IMG/VR virus record: IMGVR_UViG_3300027668_000008
Coordinates: 124,001 to 188,000 of that record
DNA length: 64,000 nucleotides
Direction: 5' to 3' (one strand)
Of this stretch, positions 1 to 8,241 are shown piece after piece. The notes under the pieces were generated by a model, which saw only the letters and a program-made list of their open reading frames with translations, did no database searches and was not told where the DNA came from. Each line of letters starts with the position of its first letter. Position 1 is the first letter of the stretch. The position numbers and the translations under genes are program-made.

Positions 1-131
1 AAAATGTCAACAGGCACGTCAGGCTTATCGAGCTCAGTAGTGCAAATGTATCGTACTTCGCCTCCGGTTTCGACTCCATAATATTTCTCCACTTGATCAG
101 TATCAGTTAAAGGTTCGTGATTAATCTTCAT
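1..131 (-). CDS. Conserved phage hypothetical protein, 5' part only (runs off the window edge)
   Basis: Manual translation from ATG at 131: MKINHEPLTDTDQVEKYYGVETGGEVRYICTTELDKPDVPVDI; start overlaps the stop of the upstream ORF. Confidence 0.7.
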   Translation of the reverse strand, partial: MKINHEPLTDTDQVEKYYGVETGGEVRYICTTELDKPDVPVDI

Positions 132-318
132 TATTCTCTTTATCTATTTTATCCACTGTTTGATGTATTCTGTCATCTGTTATATCAATAACACCAGATT
201 GTTGTAATACGTCTAATGTCGTAGTAACACCGTGTTCTACTCCTGCTTTCCAATTATAATAAGCACAAGCACCTGTAAAGATTATAAACGCACTGCAATG
301 CCAAACTGTTAATACCAT
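121..318 (-). CDS. Small hypothetical protein with N-terminal hydrophobic segment
   Basis: 65-aa ORF with GAGG RBS, packed in operon. Confidence 0.7.
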   Translation of the reverse strand: MVLTVWHCSAFIIFTGACAYYNWKAGVEHGVTTTLDVLQQSGVIDITDDRIHQTVDKIDKENNED

Positions 319-329
319 AACATTACCTC

Positions 330-1358
330 TTAATTGTTAAAAGATTCAAAGAATTTTATACTTGCTAAATTCTTTGCTTTTGATTCTACCATAATATCTG
401 CAAACTCATTAAATGTGGATGCCCAAGTATTTACCGCATTATTCCACATAAAGTCACTATGTCCACGCATCTTGCCTTTTTTGTAACCTTGTTCTAATAA
501 TAATTCCTTATCAGGTAATGTGTTAACATCGTGGTCTATAAGATAGTCAAGTCTACTTACTGAATAATGCATTGCAGGACGTAAGCCACGCCAACTATCT
601 ATTACGCCTTTAAATCTATCATCGGAGGGTTGTATGTATTCACCACTTTTGACCCAGTGATGGTGTATGTCAAGTACGAGTGCGAGGTGCTTGCCAAGTT
701 CGAGACTGTCTTCGATGCCCCACGAGTTTTCGTCGTTTTCAATGGTAATAACATTTCTCGCCTCTTTAGAAAGTCTTGGGAGGACATTAATGATACCGGT
801 TGGACCTTGTCTACCTGATATATGGACATTGCATTTGAAGTCTTGGAACTCCTTGCCGTAGCCCATGAATTTGATGCAATCAACATGATATTCGAACTCC
901 TCTATACTACGTTCTACAACTTCGGGCCTATCACTTGCTAATACAACAAATTGACCAGGGTGCATACTAAGACGTACATCATGTTGTCTGGCAATGTCGC
1001 CTACTTTAATTAAGTTGTCTTCTAAATATTTTTGTACATATGCTTGTTGCCAAAAGTAACGCCAACTAGGTTCTGTGTATGCTGGTAGCAAGTCACTGCC
1101 TAGTCTAAGCATTCTTAGTTCTGGTTGTAATGTACTTACATAGGTAATAAGATTTTTGTACGATTCAATATTATGAACCATAATATCCCAAAGTCGTTGT
1201 TCAGCAACTTCTTTAGTTTGCCTATTAAGCCATGAGATTGTTGTCGACCTACTGTTGTAAGGACGTTGCAGTTCTTCTAATACTTTTTTATTTTGGGTTT
1301 GATCTGCTACCATGTACTTACAAGCGAAACCAACTCTTTTTATATCTTGATTAAACAT
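330..1358 (-). CDS. uvsE: UV DNA damage endonuclease (UvdE/UvsE family)
   Basis: Motifs RVGFACK, MLRLGSDLLP, RLSMHPGQF, TIENDE, LVLDIHHHW, RGHSD. Confidence 0.93.
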   Translation of the reverse strand: MFNQDIKRVGFACKYMVADQTQNKKVLEELQRPYNSRSTTISWLNRQTKEVAEQRLWDIMVHNIESYKNLITYVSTLQPELRMLRLGSDLLPAYTEPSWRYFWQQAYVQKYLEDNLIKVGDIARQHDVRLSMHPGQFVVLASDRPEVVERSIEEFEYHVDCIKFMGYGKEFQDFKCNVHISGRQGPTGIINVLPRLSKEARNVITIENDENSWGIEDSLELGKHLALVLDIHHHWVKSGEYIQPSDDRFKGVIDSWRGLRPAMHYSVSRLDYLIDHDVNTLPDKELLLEQGYKKGKMRGHSDFMWNNAVNTWASTFNEFADIMVESKAKNLASIKFFESFNN

Positions 1359-1407
1359 AATATCCTATACATTAAACTAAACATAACACTATGTTAGCAC
1401 AATTATA

Positions 1408-2037
1408 TTATGTTGTCAACAGTTGATTTTCTAAGTTTTCGTAAGTATCGGCATACGCATTTGGGTGATTTAAAAGACTGTCCGGTGTCCAGTCATTAAC
1501 AAATATAAACTTAACATCGTTGAAGTGTTCAATAATGTGTCCTATTTGTTGGACATCATATCCCATGTCACGTTGCTTTGCAGTTTCTTTTGGATTGTTT
1601 TGTGATCCTGAATAGATACAATTAATTGCACCAAAAGGATTTTTCATTGATCGTTCGCCAGAACCAATAAAATCATAACCAATAATAGTTACAATTTCAT
1701 TTTCTAATGCGGCAAGTAGTATTGCATAAGAACCGGATGTCCAATTCTTTTCTTCATCTTTTTCGTGTGTAATAGTGTAAGGTATTTCTGGTAATACTTG
1801 TAAGTATGGATTCTTAACAATGTTGATTAAGTCAGTTGTTGTAAACAAGTAGGACTTTTTTTGTAAATTGTGTTCCACTGCTTCTTGTAAATGATGTAAC
1901 TTATTACAAACTATATTCTCTACAACAAAGTCTCTGTGAATACTGTTACACCCATATGTAATACCTCTGCCAAAAAGTTTTCGTAAATCAAAATCTTTCC
2001 TACTATTAGCATTACCTATTGCGTAACCAACATCCAT
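1408..2037 (-). CDS. Conserved phage protein, GNxxSR..YGCN Rossmann-like family (glycan-modification associated)
   Basis: True start likely ATG 2037 (TAATG overlap with upstream stop); AIGNANSRKDFDL, TYGCNSIHRDF, IIGYDF motifs. Confidence 0.55.
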   Translation of the reverse strand: MDVGYAIGNANSRKDFDLRKLFGRGITYGCNSIHRDFVVENIVCNKLHHLQEAVEHNLQKKSYLFTTTDLINIVKNPYLQVLPEIPYTITHEKDEEKNWTSGSYAILLAALENEIVTIIGYDFIGSGERSMKNPFGAINCIYSGSQNNPKETAKQRDMGYDVQQIGHIIEHFNDVKFIFVNDWTPDSLLNHPNAYADTYENLENQLLTT

Positions 2038-2954
2038 TATTGAGCTTGTCCAATAATGGCCCAAACTGTGCCACCTAAACAAATCCAACCAACCGGTTGA
2101 CCAACTGCTGGATTACTATTCCATGCAATGTCGCCTTTTTCTCCGGAATGTCCTGGTGTTTCTGTTACTGAAGAATGTCTTGTGCCTGCAAGTACAGGGT
2201 TAGATATTTTTGTTTCACCGTCTTGTGTTAATACAATGTTGTTGTGTGTCGCTGAGCCAATTTCCATATTGCTTTTGGATCTAATCTCAACTGTATGTTG
2301 TTTGCTCTTACCTATATTAAGATTTGTTTCCTCGTCCCATAAGGTTAATGTGCTTGTTGGTTCGTCTGTATTAATGCCAACTCTTTTTGTACTCGATGCG
2401 TATAATGTGTTACCAAGTAATGTTTCACCTACTACAACCAAGTCTGATAAGTTACCAACCGACTTAAGATTACTGTTAATTATAGTTTTAGGCAAACTAT
2501 CGCCTGCTACAAAATCTTGTAATTCTGATAATCCTTGTATGCTATCAGCAGTTAATAACCCTGTTACTGTTAATTTATCTACTGTAATTTCTTGTGCATT
2601 TAAGTTGTTAGTGTTTAAATTTTCTGATGTAATGTCTGGAGAGTGTAATGCGTGTGTTACTTGCACACCATTTGCGTCAACATCTAACTCTGGAGTTGAA
2701 AGTAATTCAGTACTAAGGTGTTTAAAATCGCCAGTAATCATACCAGCGTTCATTCTAAATCCTTCCCAATTAACTGCACTATTGTTAATAGACCCAGTTG
2801 GGAATTCTAAACTATCGATTGTTTCTTGTACAGATTGTTTAACAAATTCTGCGACAGATTCCTTAAGATTTACTTTATTAAGGTTCTCTCGTATTTGTTT
2901 TTCTACAGTTTCACGTATGAATGACTGTAATGCGTTTTGTAGTTCTTGTGACAT
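2037..2954 (-). CDS. Putative virion structural / tail-fibre-like protein
   Basis: Beta-rich repeats, RVGINTDEP motif, C-terminal GDIAWNSNPAVGQPVGWICLGGTVW typical of phage fibre proteins. Confidence 0.55.
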   Translation of the reverse strand: MSQELQNALQSFIRETVEKQIRENLNKVNLKESVAEFVKQSVQETIDSLEFPTGSINNSAVNWEGFRMNAGMITGDFKHLSTELLSTPELDVDANGVQVTHALHSPDITSENLNTNNLNAQEITVDKLTVTGLLTADSIQGLSELQDFVAGDSLPKTIINSNLKSVGNLSDLVVVGETLLGNTLYASSTKRVGINTDEPTSTLTLWDEETNLNIGKSKQHTVEIRSKSNMEIGSATHNNIVLTQDGETKISNPVLAGTRHSSVTETPGHSGEKGDIAWNSNPAVGQPVGWICLGGTVWAIIGQAQ

Positions 2955-2975
2955 TGTTGCCTCTTTGATTTATTA

Positions 2976-3719
2976 TTAAATCTTGGCAACTGCAATATAC
3001 TCGTAACTTCTACTGAATAGGTTTTTGTAAAACAGGCTTTGAGATATTTTAAAATCTGAACAGCCTAAGTCGTGTATATATTTTGCAAGTTGCTTGAAAT
3101 ATAATGTTCTTTTTATTTCAGTTACCTCGGATATTAATTTACCGTTGCTTAACTGATACATTGTTTCGTTGAATTTCTGCTTGTCTGCACGATCCCATGT
3201 TCTATGGCATACAAATACATGACTTGCTTCACCACTATTAATAACCATGGGTGGATCCACTAAACGGTCCACTGACTTCATATTTTTGAAATCTTTAATA
3301 GTAGTTACTAATGCTTTTCTAGTATAACCATGTGCATCAGCAATAATTTGTTTCTGAGTATCCTCAGTTCCGTATCTCGTAAAATAACTATCCAATGCTA
3401 ATGTAACATCAAACTTTTGATCTGTAATTTCATCTTTAGTTAATACTGTAACGTGCTTTAAATCTTCATGGTTACGGATAAATTCCGATTCATGATCATC
3501 TCTACACAATACATGATACTTAAAAGCATCTACGTTGTCTTTGCATAATGCCCAAAGAATAGGATTGAAGCCCAACACCAATGCAGTGCTATATTCGTCA
3601 GTTGTAAAATCGCCCATTGTATCTCTTATGATCTGAGCTTTTAATTCTACTAACTTTAGAAATTTAGTTTTATCCTGCTTATATAGATTGTCAACAGTAT
3701 TGTACCAATACATTTTCAT
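2976..3719 (-). CDS. Hypothetical protein, possibly degenerate SAM-methyltransferase fold
   Basis: 247-aa ORF; ALVLG and FDVTLAL resemble MTase motifs but the glycine loop is degenerate. Confidence 0.4.
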   Translation of the reverse strand: MKMYWYNTVDNLYKQDKTKFLKLVELKAQIIRDTMGDFTTDEYSTALVLGFNPILWALCKDNVDAFKYHVLCRDDHESEFIRNHEDLKHVTVLTKDEITDQKFDVTLALDSYFTRYGTEDTQKQIIADAHGYTRKALVTTIKDFKNMKSVDRLVDPPMVINSGEASHVFVCHRTWDRADKQKFNETMYQLSNGKLISEVTEIKRTLYFKQLAKYIHDLGCSDFKISQSLFYKNLFSRSYEYIAVAKI

Positions 3720-3784
3720 TTTTATCCTTTTGGATTGTTTTATACAATGTATTTATCAATACTATTGCGTAGCCGTATAAGACT

Positions 3785-3967
3785 CTACTTTTCGTACTTA
3801 CTAGTGTCTTTGGCTAATAGTAAACAGTCTGCTTGGATTGTTTGTATAGCAACATCAATCTCGTCTTTAGACGATTTAATTGGACCGTACTTCATATCTC
3901 GTAACTTATCCGATTGTACCTTAATGCTGTCTATCTTTTCACAGAACTGACTTATTTTATGCAACAT
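3785..3967 (-). CDS. Small hypothetical protein downstream of tRNA cluster
   Basis: 60-aa ORF with AGGAG RBS. Confidence 0.7.
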   Translation of the reverse strand: MLHKISQFCEKIDSIKVQSDKLRDMKYGPIKSSKDEIDVAIQTIQADCLLLAKDTSKYEK

Positions 3968-3984
3968 AGCATTTCTCCTTAATT

Positions 3985-4061
3985 TGGCGCACCCTACAGG
4001 ACTCGAACCTATTACCTCTGGTTCCGCAAACCAACGCTCTATCCAGATGAGCTAAGGGTGC
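3985..4061 (-). tRNA. tRNA-Arg, anticodon GCG
   Basis: GCACCCT/AGGGTGC acceptor stem, A20, anticodon arm TTGGT-TTGCGGA-ACCAG, TTCGAGT T-loop, encoded CCA. Confidence 0.9.
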
Positions 4062-4072
4062 CTTTATAGTTT

Positions 4073-4148
4073 TGGTGGAGGATACAGGGATCGAACCTGC
4101 TACCTCCTGAATGCAAATCAGGCGCTCTCCCAGATGAGCTAATCCCCC
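4073..4148 (-). tRNA. tRNA-Ala, anticodon TGC
   Basis: GGGGGAT/ATCCTCC stem with G3:U70, arm CCTGA-TTTGCAT-TCAGG, encoded CCA. Confidence 0.95.
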
Positions 4149-4181
4149 AAAACTAAATTCTTTTTGTAACATACTAATACT

Positions 4182-4210
4182 ATAATATAACATTCAACGA
4201 GTGTTGTCAA
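4182..4210 (-). promoter_or_regulatory. sigma70-type promoter for tRNA-Ala/tRNA-Arg
   Basis: TTGACA-N17-TATTAT. Confidence 0.75.
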
Positions 4211-4222
4211 GAGCCATAAAAG

Positions 4223-4312
4223 TGGCGGAGAGACTGGGATTTGAACCCAGGAAAGAGTTGCCCCTTTGCCGGTTTAGTAAACCGGTGCTTTCAACCGCTC
4301 AGCCATCTCTCC
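4223..4312 (-). tRNA. tRNA-Ser (long variable arm), anticodon ACT
   Basis: GGAGAGA/TCTCTCC stem, G73, long variable arm AAAG-GGGCAACT-CTTT, arm CCGGT-TTACTAA-ACCGG, encoded CCA. Confidence 0.88.
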
Positions 4313-4321
4313 GGAGTATTT

Positions 4322-4525
4322 TTATTTAGGTACGATTTCAAAACACTTAACTAGTGCCTGCATATCAGTCAAACCAGCCGCTTTACATTCTGCGTATAAT
4401 TTCTTTCTAGCGCCGACTACTTCGTCTGGTGCTACTTTTATACTTTGCATCCTATTTGATTTTGCATTAGGATTCATGCCACGATATCTGGTATTATGTT
4501 TATTATTTTTGTTACGATCATTCAC
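4322..4525 (-). CDS. Small basic hypothetical protein between tRNAs
   Basis: 67-aa ORF, GTG start. Confidence 0.55.
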   Translation of the reverse strand: MNDRNKNNKHNTRYRGMNPNAKSNRMQSIKVAPDEVVGARKKLYAECKAAGLTDMQALVKCFEIVPK

Positions 4526-4541
4526 GCAATTTATTTTTCTG

Positions 4542-4617
4542 TGGTGCCGCTTCCCGGATTCGAACTGGGCACCTACTGATTACAAATCAGTTGCTCTACC
4601 AAATGAGCTAAAGCGGC
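4542..4617 (-). tRNA. tRNA-Thr, anticodon TGT
   Basis: GCCGCTT/AAGCGGC stem, arm ACTGA-TTTGTAA-TCAGT, encoded CCA. Confidence 0.95.
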
Positions 4618-4695
4618 GTTGATATTATTTACCTGTTAAAATTTTCAATGTCTTATTATTGAATACAGTACAAGTATTTGTTTCATTATAACGAA

Positions 4696-4899
4696 CTATT
4701 GCTCGATTGTCAACTCTTTTTCTGCGTCTTGCCAAAAATCTTTTAACGAGTCTAATTTCTCTGTTAAGTCTTGTATTTTAATTCTTGTTTCTGCTTCTTC
4801 TTTTACATCTTCTATTAGTGGAAGATTGTCTTTCATTTCTGCTATACGCCTGGTATATTCAGATATGAGTGTCTTGTATAGTGTCTTTGATTGTTTCAT
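4696..4899 (-). CDS. Small coiled-coil hypothetical protein
   Basis: 67-aa ORF. Confidence 0.65.
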   Translation of the reverse strand: MKQSKTLYKTLISEYTRRIAEMKDNLPLIEDVKEEAETRIKIQDLTEKLDSLKDFWQDAEKELTIEQ

Positions 4900-4920
4900 T
4901 TTGTGATTATTCTTTAAAGG

Positions 4921-5817
4921 TTATGCTAGTTTGAACATTCCGCCAAAGATGTTATCAACAAATGTACTGTGGTCAATCTGCTCGTAACTTGTGCAGTTCT
5001 CGGGTAGAAACCCTCGATGCCACATATAAACAAAACTAGCAACTACACAGGCGTTAGCATAATGCCAACTGTTAAGTGTTCTTCGTCCAGGTATCAGTAA
5101 ATGACTGTGTTTTACTAAATCTTCTGTTTGATACTCTGAACTACTTGTAACCGTAGTATGGAACAATGTTTCTGTGTGCCAATCAACTTTACTAGCATCA
5201 ACGTTGTCGGTATCTGCTATCCAGTTTGTTTGTATGTCGATATTATCATCTCCTAGCCATGAATCAATTTCACTAGCGAAAAAATATTTATTTTGTAACT
5301 TAATAAGTTTAGGTTGCCCTAATACGTTATTCATTACTTCTTGGTAATCTTCTAATGACAATCCAGGTAAAGCATTTTCACCTGTTTCACTAGTTTTAGA
5401 AATTCCTGTAAAATGTTTGATAGACTTTACATTCTCGTTTACATTAACAATACGTTTAATCCACATATCCGTTGCCGCATATTGTAAATTAATATCATCT
5501 AAAATAATGTTATTGTGCGGTGCTACGTCATCTTGTAATGCAAATGTACAAAGTAACGGTATTCCGAATTCTGAACATAAGCCTACTATATTGTCATCTT
5601 CATAGTTTGGGTTTGTACAAACTACAATGTCAGCACCTCTGACAATATCATGCATTGTTAGTGTTGATGTAAATTTTCTAACATATGCTGGGTTCAAATA
5701 ATTATCACCAAAACAAGTAACTTGAATTTCATCATCGAACTGTACTGCATTAATTTCAAGTAATGTTTTTACGGCATATAAATTTTTGCCATCGCCTACT
5801 ATGTGTATATTAATCAT
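4921..5817 (-). CDS. Rossmann-fold protein, saccharopine dehydrogenase / homospermidine synthase-like (divergent)
   Basis: N-terminal IHIVGDG, DIVRGADIVVCT and CSEFGIPLL resemble the NAD(P)-binding domain of this family. Confidence 0.4.
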   Translation of the reverse strand: MINIHIVGDGKNLYAVKTLLEINAVQFDDEIQVTCFGDNYLNPAYVRKFTSTLTMHDIVRGADIVVCTNPNYEDDNIVGLCSEFGIPLLCTFALQDDVAPHNNIILDDINLQYAATDMWIKRIVNVNENVKSIKHFTGISKTSETGENALPGLSLEDYQEVMNNVLGQPKLIKLQNKYFFASEIDSWLGDDNIDIQTNWIADTDNVDASKVDWHTETLFHTTVTSSSEYQTEDLVKHSHLLIPGRRTLNSWHYANACVVASFVYMWHRGFLPENCTSYEQIDHSTFVDNIFGGMFKLA

Positions 5818-6121
5818 TGAACCTCTCCCTAACGTGTTGATAAAAAGTGTCTAATTCTCCACCAAACTGTCCGGTTAGATGGTCTACTGCTTGTAGGCAA
5901 TATTCTGTATTATTGTTGTTCAATTCAATTACAAAGTCTTCGTGCAACTTTGTCCAGTTTTCTAACTGTGGTAAACTGTCAAGGCTTAGTTTAGCAGTAT
6001 CTACAACTGCATATAGTGTAAGGTCTGTGTTCTTTTCTTTCACAGTAACCGTGTCTAGTTCAAGCACGGTGTACCTGTCTCTTAATGCTTCTGCTTGTTT
6101 TTTACCATATACTATGTGCAT
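5810..6121 (-). CDS. Stand-alone homologue of the adenylate cyclase C-terminal region
   Basis: MHIVYGKKQAEALRDRYTVLELDTVTVKEK aligns by eye with LTLLVGESSVSDEYTFIELDKIAVKGK of the cyclase at 9030-11063; the helical tail (LHEDF..ELDTFYQHVRER vs EHDKY..ELHNYYEVMSER) also aligns; ATG at 6121. Confidence 0.65.
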   Translation of the reverse strand: MHIVYGKKQAEALRDRYTVLELDTVTVKEKNTDLTLYAVVDTAKLSLDSLPQLENWTKLHEDFVIELNNNNTEYCLQAVDHLTGQFGGELDTFYQHVRERFND

Positions 6122-6201
6122 CTTTGCCTCTCTTGAATAACTTATTATACTAGTACTTATCTTCTTCAAAGATAGGTAAATAATAATGTAAGTTAAGTAT
6201 T

Positions 6202-6230
6202 ATAATAACAGAATTATGTTGTTATGTCAA
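6202..6230 (-). promoter_or_regulatory. sigma70-type promoter for the 6121-4696 operon
   Basis: TTGACA-N17-TATTAT. Confidence 0.7.
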
Positions 6231-6239
6231 GGAGAATGT

Positions 6240-6518
6240 ATGGATATTTTTAAACTCATAGCAGAACTAGGTTTCCCTATTGCAGGTGCTTTAGCGGCTG
6301 GCTTCTTTGTCTTTACAACAGTAAAATTTATACTTGCAAGTGTAACTAGTAGTATTCAAGGGCTAAAAGGTATTGTAGGCAGTTTAGACAACCGTGTACA
6401 AACAATGAATAACGACTTGGTTAAAATGGATTCATTAATAAGTTATGCATTTGGCGTTAAACCAAATGTAGACAGAATTGCCGCTAATGAAGGCAAAGAA
6501 GACGCAAGGAGAGACTAA
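6240..6518 (+). CDS. Small membrane protein with GFPI motif, paralogue 1 (one TM plus coiled coil)
   Basis: ATG 6240 with GGAGA RBS; LGFPIAGALAAGFFVF, then LDNRVQTMNNDL. Confidence 0.8.
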   Translation: MDIFKLIAELGFPIAGALAAGFFVFTTVKFILASVTSSIQGLKGIVGSLDNRVQTMNNDLVKMDSLISYAFGVKPNVDRIAANEGKEDARRD

Positions 6519-6802
6519 TGGCAGATATAGATATTAACCAAACAGTGGAAGCACCACCCGTTGATGATGGTTGCATTACTGAATGTTTTGGCGAAGCAGA
6601 CAGAGTTGGTGTAGAGTTCACTGACGCCGGTGTAGTTAAAAATATTACAATAGATGATAGTGTTTCCGGTATAGGTGATGTACAAGCAGGTATAGAATTT
6701 ATCTATAATATGCGAGAACATATGGTAGATATTAGTGTAGCCACAGTATATGCAATAACTGTGTATGCTCTTGTTTTATGGATTAAAAGGAAGTTAAGAT
6801 AG
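6518..6802 (+). CDS. Small acidic protein with C-terminal TM helix
   Basis: TAATG coupling; C-terminal hydrophobic helix followed by KRKLR. Confidence 0.75.
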   Translation: MADIDINQTVEAPPVDDGCITECFGEADRVGVEFTDAGVVKNITIDDSVSGIGDVQAGIEFIYNMREHMVDISVATVYAITVYALVLWIKRKLR

Positions 6803-6814
6803 TGATATTTAAAC

Positions 6815-7135
6815 ATGATAGTAACAGATTTAATTAGCGATTACGGATTTCCTATTGTTGCCGCGGTGGGCATGGGATATTTCGTATATTATATATGGAA
6901 ATGGGTAACTATTGAAGTTAAACCTTTAATTGGCGCAACTAGTGGAACACTTATAGGGTTAATTGACCGTATAAGAATGCTCGATAACGACATGATAAGA
7001 TTAACACAAAAGATTAACATGGTTATAGAGTTCAAAGAAGAATACGAAAAACTAACGGGGAAGAAACTCGCAATGACTGTCGATGACATCGAATCGATTA
7101 AGAAAGAGAACTTAAAGAATGCTAAAAAGAAATAA
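6815..7135 (+). CDS. Small membrane protein with GFPI motif, paralogue 2
   Basis: YGFPIVAAVGMGYFVYYIW, then LIDRIRMLDNDMIRL; clearly similar to 6240-6518. Confidence 0.8.
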   Translation: MIVTDLISDYGFPIVAAVGMGYFVYYIWKWVTIEVKPLIGATSGTLIGLIDRIRMLDNDMIRLTQKINMVIEFKEEYEKLTGKKLAMTVDDIESIKKENLKNAKKK

Positions 7136-7268
7136 CAACTGGCTTAATAGTCAAAATACTGCTACTAAAATATATTTAAAATCACAACCTATATGGCATG
7201 ATAAAGATATGCTTATCGTAATTACTGTTGCTTTATTGTCTGGATTTCTTGTAGGACTTGCAGTTTAA
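7119..7268 (+). CDS. 49-aa membrane protein (QPIWHD motif), not in the ORF track
   Basis: Manual translation MLKRNNNWLNSQNTATKIYLKSQPIWHDKDMLIVITVALLSGFLVGLAV; overlaps the end of 6815-7135. Confidence 0.65.
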   Translation: MLKRNNNWLNSQNTATKIYLKSQPIWHDKDMLIVITVALLSGFLVGLAV

Positions 7269-8241
7269 CAATTGGTAAGAATTTCCATTGTAATACGTTA
7301 TTATCTTTACAATAGTCTTCAAACCTATGTCTAATTGCAACAACATTATCTGCACCATATTTAATTCTAGTTGGCAAGTATGTAAAGATATTAGAACGCC
7401 ATATGCTAGAACCAGGCTTTATCCAGGAAAAATCTTCTATAATATCCTTATTAAGGAATTCAACTGGAATAGATTCAAACCAATCCCAAAAATCTTCTCT
7501 GTCTATACTATCAGGTAACTGATTTAATACCGTTTCTTTATTGGTATAAATTTCTTTGTAGTACTCGATACTGTGTTTGCTTATATCATAAAACACAACT
7601 GTGTCAGGTATTACGTTATTTTTATAATATTCAGTTAATGTTATAAATGGTTTGTTACCAGCACACAATAAGTAAAGTGTTTTATCATAAGAGTAAAATT
7701 TATCGTATTGTTCTTTGCTACAATCTTTGTACACAGGTTCTGTGTTTTCCACATATAACCTATCTAAGTCTAAATTATAGTTGTGTTCGGTTTCCCAATC
7801 ATCATCAGTTTTGACAAATGTATCCAATCCAACTTCTTTAGAAAACCATTTTATTGTTGTATTAACAGGAACATCTTGTACAAACGTATCAGATCCTGAC
7901 ACAAACCAATCATGATTTAATCGTATAACAAAACAAAAACTATTCATGTTTTTAAATGCAATAATATCCGGTTCATCTTTAATTGCTTCTTTTACAAAAT
8001 CTAACATTAATTCGTTACGCAAATATGTACCTTCTCGAACGATAAGTGCGTAATCTGCCTTGTTTCTGAGGTTAGTAAGAGTACTGTCTAATGTACCAGT
8101 AATTTTAAATATATCAATATGTTCGTTATCTGCTACAGTATTATCATCTCTGATCAATCCCATATCAAATATGTTTGACCAAGTTATGTTGTGTAAGTAC
8201 TCGTCACTTGTACAATTTAATGCTACTGCTACTAAATTCAT
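7222..8241 (-). CDS. Hypothetical protein
   Basis: 339-aa ORF coupled to the upstream hydroxylase. Confidence 0.7.
   Translation of the reverse strand: MNLVAVALNCTSDEYLHNITWSNIFDMGLIRDDNTVADNEHIDIFKITGTLDSTLTNLRNKADYALIVREGTYLRNELMLDFVKEAIKDEPDIIAFKNMNSFCFVIRLNHDWFVSGSDTFVQDVPVNTTIKWFSKEVGLDTFVKTDDDWETEHNYNLDLDRLYVENTEPVYKDCSKEQYDKFYSYDKTLYLLCAGNKPFITLTEYYKNNVIPDTVVFYDISKHSIEYYKEIYTNKETVLNQLPDSIDREDFWDWFESIPVEFLNKDIIEDFSWIKPGSSIWRSNIFTYLPTRIKYGADNVVAIRHRFEDYCKDNNVLQWKFLPIVKLQVLQEIQTIKQQ

Noticed and set aside
2128-2979. 283-aa plus-strand ORF, and similar antisense ORFs (e.g. 9475-9867, 21527-22189, 22322-22717, 62633-62863)
   Set aside because: Shadow frames of well-supported minus-strand genes; Ser/Leu-rich, no RBS or motifs
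3957-4193. 78-aa ORF on the minus strand
   Set aside because: It is a translation through tRNA-Ala and tRNA-Arg
4270-4286. Reading the Ser tRNA as an amber suppressor (CTA within TTACTAA)
   Set aside because: The 5-bp stem fixes a 7-nt loop centred on ACT; CTA is off by one. TAG is also used as a normal stop in the window
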